A stretch of DNA of 63,957 nucleotides, filler included, from Guillardia theta CCMP2712 (Eukaryota; Protista; Cryptophyta), in the NCBI RefSeq assembly GCF_000315625.1. It is 4 parts of 4 records of this genome, joined end to end, with 100 filler letters (N's around TTAATTAATTAA, not from the genome) between each part and the next. Parts side by side here need not be neighbours in the genome. Positions count along the whole stretch, not along the records: positions 33,907 to 62,342 come from NW_005434580.1; positions 62,443 to 63,957 come from NW_005434628.1; 2 more parts are not named here. The stretch is one strand, 5' to 3'. Below are positions 59,237 through 63,957 of this stretch, piece after piece. Both the position numbers and the translations under genes were made by a program. The notes below the pieces were generated by a model. That model saw only the letters and a program-made list of their open reading frames with translations, ran no database searches and was not told where the DNA came from. How positions within the stretch are numbered: position 1 is the stretch's first letter; every line of letters starts with the position of its first letter.

Positions 59237-62143
59237 ATGATGTCTTTCCGCACTGTACGTCGCAGCAAGTCACATCATCTGTTATCGTTTCTTCTCTTCT
59301 TCTCGTCACTGTGTGCTGTAAGATGTCAAAAACAACAGATAGTGATCGGGTCGCTGTTGTCTCTCAGCATGGGCAACGATCAGATGGAGTTCAATGCCCG
59401 GACAGTCATGCAGATCGCTCAAATGATCATCAACAACGACACGAGCCTGCTCAAGGACTATGAGCTCAAGCTCGTCGAGCAGGACACTTACTGTGAGAGG
59501 TCAATCTGTCAGGAAGGATCGTTGCTTGGCAACACCGCCCAAACCATCCAGTCAAACTCCATCAACGCCTTCTTCTGGAACGTGACCCACTCATGCGGAT
59601 CCTCCCCTCAAGATCGTCCCGTTGCAATCGTCGGCCCTGGATACAGCTCAGAAGTAAGTGCTCTACAAGCGGCAATGCAGCAGGTCAAAGTCTTGACGGT
59701 GAGCTTCTCCGCAAGTAGCCCGAGGTTCTCAAACAAGACGCTGTACCCTTACCTGGCACGAACTTGCCCGTCAGACGCCATGCAGGGAGTGCTGATGGCA
59801 GACATTGTCAGGCGCTACAACTGGCGATCTTGCATAGCCATAACTTGCGCGGACACCTACTGCCAGGGGCTCTACACGCAGTTTGAATCTTCTTCGAGTA
59901 AGTCCGGGGTCATCATAGAAGAGGCGCGATGGGCGTTCGGAGACCTGCTCATGTCAGAGAGGCGTCTCAAGAGTATCTTCTCCAACTGCTCCAAGTCTCG
60001 CGTCATCCTCCTGTGCATCAATGACATCCAGGCGCGGGAGATCCTACAGGCTGCTGCAACCCTCGGGATAGTGGACAAGTTCATTTGGATCGGGAGCGAG
60101 GCCGTTAGCACCATCGACCCGAAGGACCTCCCTTCCAATTTCCTCGGCGTCTCCCTTGCGTCAGCACAGGACTCTCTTCCCTTCCGTCGTCTACAGGCCG
60201 TGTGGAGCAGCCTGGACCCCAGCGTTTTCGCGGGGTTAGAAGAGTTGAAGGAGAATCCGTTCCTTCCGCTAGCGTACGACACTATCTTCCTCCTCGCCCA
60301 TGGGCTGCAGCTGGTGATAGACGGTGGAGGAGACCCGTACAACTCCTCTGCCCTGCTGCATGCCCTCCCCCGCGTCCGGTTCCAAGGGGCAACGGGCCCG
60401 ATCGCCTTGGACGGCAACCTGGAGCCCGAGACTGCGAGGTAAGACCGTCAGCTGCTCCTGCCTTTCAAACATGCTCATCCTTGCTCGCAGGTACGAGATC
60501 GTGACCACAAGCGGCGCCCACGACTACCTGACTGTGGGAGGATGGACGGCAAACAATCTCACCCTCGACGTGCTTGCAGCAGGCCTGAGCGTTCCCGTCT
60601 GTGCTCCCTCCTCCATCCTCATCGGCGGGCTGTTCCAGTACTGGTCGAGGTTTCACGCCGCCGCCGCCATGGTGGCGTTTGCGCAGATCAATGCAGAAGC
60701 TAGCATACTCCCTTGGACGAGGCTGAACTTCGACGTTCAGAACATCACCATGGCCCGTTCCCTTCCCCCGACTAACAACCTGAAGAGCTTCTTCTTCGAA
60801 GCAGTTCTGAGCAGATGGAAGACAGAGGCTGGCAGTCTCGCTGACCCCGTGAGCATCGTGATCGGAGGAGGATATAGCTCGGACATAGCTGTGCTCTCCC
60901 CTCTTCTGACCAAACAGAACCTCCTCCTCTTCTCCCCCTCTGCCAACAGCCCGGTTCTCTCCGACAAGTCGACATACCCCAACGTCGTCCGATTGTGTCA
61001 AGTCTCGACCGTCGAGGGGCATGCGATCGTGGACCTTGTGAGGTTCCTGGGCTTCAAGGAGGTGAAGATCATATCTTGTGATGACATGAACTGCATCGGT
61101 TTCCGGGACGTGATCTTGAGCAAGGCGCAAGAGCACGGGTTTCGGGTGGCAGGAGACTTGATACTCCCCTCTGCCAAAGGTAGTTTTATGAACAACCACA
61201 ACGGGCAGATCCTGGTCGAGGACTTCAGCATGCAGGATTGCAACGTGTCGGTATACATAATGTGCCTCCACGACTACCTTGCGACCGAGATCTTCGCCGT
61301 CTTCGAGGGCCTTGGCATCAAAGACAAAGTTGTCTGGATCACGTGCGAGGAGGTCCTGTCAGTCGACGACTCCCTCCTCCCCAATGGCATCCTGGGAATG
61401 CGCGAGTTTGTGCCGGAGACTCCGGAGTTCAGCCGCTTCCTCTCCTACTGGCAGAACCTGAACCTGTCGCTCTTTGACCCTTCTTACCATGAAATCCTGA
61501 CCTCCGGCCTCCAGCAGCTGGTAGGCAGAGGAAGTCACTCCTCGTGGATGTTGGACGCTGCCGATGCTGCCATGCTGGTCGCCAAGACTCTCGACGCCCT
61601 CATTGCAAGCGGGCAGTCCGTCTCCAGCATCTCTGCCATCGTCTCTCAGGTCCTGCGTACAAGCTTCCGCGGCACGTCAGGTCGAGTTGTGCTGGACAGC
61701 TCGCTCGACAGGCAGCAGTCTCCCTACTCCATCGTCAACAAGCAGCGCTCCTCCTGGATCAGCGTCGGCGTATGGAACGACACTCGCTTCACCCTCCCTG
61801 CCGCTGCCAACGGCAGCCAGCAGGTCTGGAAGGAGAGCGTGATAGTGTGGCCTGTCGGGTACTTCCAGCAAGACCCAAACATCTGCCCTCCTCCCAAGTC
61901 GCCGAGCTACCTGCTAGTTTACGCGCTCGTGCCCTCGCTGGGGACGCTGGGGCTGATCGCTGCGGGGATCATGATCTACCGGTACAGGAAGGCCTCGCAA
62001 GAGCTGTCGGACTTCTCCAAGGTGAAGGCGATGATGCAGGAGCTGAGAAAGAGGCTGGCAATCACGAGGGAGGACGGTTTCATGCTTAGCAACGAGAAAC
62101 ACTCGAGGCTGAGCAGGAAGCAGATGCGGGTGGTGGACCACAG
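59237..62143 (+). CDS. Single-pass receptor with two tandem Venus-flytrap (ANF_receptor / class C GPCR ligand-binding) domains; cytoplasmic part truncated at linker
   Basis: Signal peptide. Domain 1: AIVGPGYSSEV, SFSASSPRFSNKTLYPYLARTCPSD, AYDTIFLLAHGL, FQGATGPIALD. Intron 60439-60490. Domain 2: VIGGGYSSDI, SPSANSPVLSDKSTYPNVVRL, FRGTSGRVVLD. TM segment LLVYALVPSLGTLGLIAAGIMIY followed by RYRK. Confidence 0.88.
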
Positions 62144-62342
62144 GTGGGAGGATGATGAGGGGGAGAGGAAGGAGGGGGAGGGATGGAGAGAGGTTATATG
62201 CAGGCGGAGGGGGAAGACTGCAAGAGGAGGAGGAAAGGGCAAGGGAGGAGAGAGGGGGGAGCGAGGGAGGGCGAGAGCGAGGGAGCGAGGGAGGGGGGAG
62301 CGAGGGGAGCGAGGGGAGCGAGGGGAGGGGGAGCGAAGGAGG

Positions 62343-62442
62343 NNNNNNNNNNNNNNNNNNNNNNNNNNNNNNNNNNNNNNNNNNNNTTAATTAATTAANN
62401 NNNNNNNNNNNNNNNNNNNNNNNNNNNNNNNNNNNNNNNNNN
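62343..62442. other. Artificial contig linker (N44-TTAATTAATTAA-N44)
   Basis: Same structure as 21214-21313. Confidence 0.97.
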
Positions 62443-62937
62443 ATTGCCGCCGCCTTCTCCTCCCCTACTTGCCGCCGCCTCCTCCCCATCCCCACTCCCC
62501 CTCCCCCTCCTCCTCCTCCTCCTCCTCCTCGTCCTCCTCCTTCTCCACCACCATCACCTCCTCCTCCTCCTCGTCCTACTCCTACTCCCCGACCACCAAA
62601 CTGACTGCCTCCTCCTCCTCTCCATCCTCCTCTCCTCTCCCCTTCCCACCTCTTACCCCATCCTCCTCCCCTGCTCCCTACCCCCTGCCACACCCGCACC
62701 GTCGCTCCAGCCGCGTTCATATTGGCTGTCGGGCCGGAATTAGTTTTCCAAGACTTGTCCGGGGGAGGGCAATACATCGCAATGGCGGGAGGGCGCGGGA
62801 AGACGCTCGGCATGCGCCCGCGGCTCTGATCTCTTGCTCTCCTCCTCTAATCAGCTTCTCCTTCATCTTCGTCTCCATCCCTCTCCTCGTCTCCCTCCCT
62901 CCCCGCCCTTCCTGTACTCCCCTCCCCGAGCTGTACC

Positions 62938-63688
62938 ATGCCGGCGTGCTTCTCCTGCTTTCCTCGCCTCACGCGGGCTCATGCAGTCACCGTAATGGCG
63001 CTGCTTCTTGTCATGCCCTCCTCTTCAAACTTTTTTGCTGCTCCCTCCCTCCCTAGCAAGACGCTCCTTCCGCAAGGCAGTACACAAACGATGTGTATGC
63101 TTCGCTTGAGAGGAGGGAAAGGAGGGAGGGTTGGAGAGTCAGAGACCAGCGAGAAGGATCGACCCATCTCACCAGAGGACGTTGCGATGATGGAAAGATT
63201 CATGGAGGATCCCAACCCGATGGGCTTCACGTCTGAGATGGGGGAGGACGTGGACCCGGACATGAAGGGGATTGTCGACTACGACGACGACCCAGGGTGG
63301 AACATCATGGGGATCAGGGAGAAGAACGAGTTCAAGCTGGAGGAGGGGGACGACAGGATCATCGTTCCCGATGCCATCAACTCGGTCCAAGCTGGAGTGA
63401 GGATAGCAGAGTTCATTCAGCGGGATACAGGCTCCGTCCCTACACTGTATGTGCGGGCAGGAGACTACAAGTGGCAAGGTACTATCTACCTCACTCAACT
63501 CCACTACGTCGACATGCCTCCTTGGAGCAGGTGCCTTGCCTTGAGGAGGGAAAGAGAGGCGGGTTGTGATCGTGGGAAGGAAAATCGGAGAGGATAGAGA
63601 CAGAACGAGGGGTTTGAAGGAAAAGGGGCAGGGGCCGGAGCAGGAGTAAGAAGAGCAGGAGCAGGAGCAGGGGTAAGAGTGGAGCAGG

Positions 63689-63725
<37 letters not shown>

Positions 63726-63728
63726 AGA

Positions 63729-63772
<44 letters not shown>

Positions 63773-63957
63773 AGTAAGAGCTGACATTGGTTTGCAATAT
63801 TTAAGGATCGCCAACGGCGAGATCAACAACAGCAGCAAGCACTTGATCTTCGAGTCACCCGTCCCTGCCGAATGCGCGGTGAGACGTCGACGGTCAGGAG
63901 CTGAGAAAACTCTGAACCGCCTGCTCTGTGCAGGAACTGAAGCCTGTCAACTGAAGC
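62938..63957 (+). CDS. Leader + LRLRGG motif + acidic linker + start of a probable parallel beta-helix (pectin-lyase-like) domain; partial
   Basis: Hydrophobic AVTVMALLLVM; LRLRGG at 63100-63117; IIVPDAINSVQAGV...LYVRAGDYKWQG resembles the N-cap of right-handed beta-helix proteins; continues through introns past the window end. Confidence 0.6.

Overview
This is eukaryotic nuclear DNA, most consistent with a cryptophyte alga (Guillardia/Hanusia-like). That assignment is inferred from dense genes, many ~45-55-nt GT-AG introns, microsatellite-filled longer introns and the protein families seen; it was not searched. The window is four sequence segments joined by artificial N44-TTAATTAATTAA-N44 linkers (21214-21313, 33807-33906, 62343-62442), plus a 100-N gap (50802-50901), so adjacency across those points is unproven. 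Recognisable genes: an ankyrin protein; a ~1600-aa secreted CUB/TNFR/GCC2_GCC3/NHL protein with near-identical internal repeats; an inverted pair of duplicated genes; coactosin; a stand-alone PAS protein; rotatin (RTTN); a spliced bHLH-like+PAS-like gene that the ORF track misses; a possible divergent TAF2; a single-pass receptor with two tandem Venus-flytrap domains; and beta-helix-like secreted proteins. No rRNA, tRNA, CRISPR or transposase was found. The most unexplained signals are three. (1) A dispersed non-coding motif, TTTACTCAAAGTTAAGTTAAAAATCAGTA, occurs six times, always at the edge of a GC-rich CCGG/GACTC island, within a recurring intergenic layout. (2) Two inverted copies of that motif bracket the inverted gene duplication. 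(3) Ubiquitin-tail-like L-x-L-R-G-G motifs follow the signal peptides of two unrelated proteins. Exon structures were read by eye and GC values are rough estimates.
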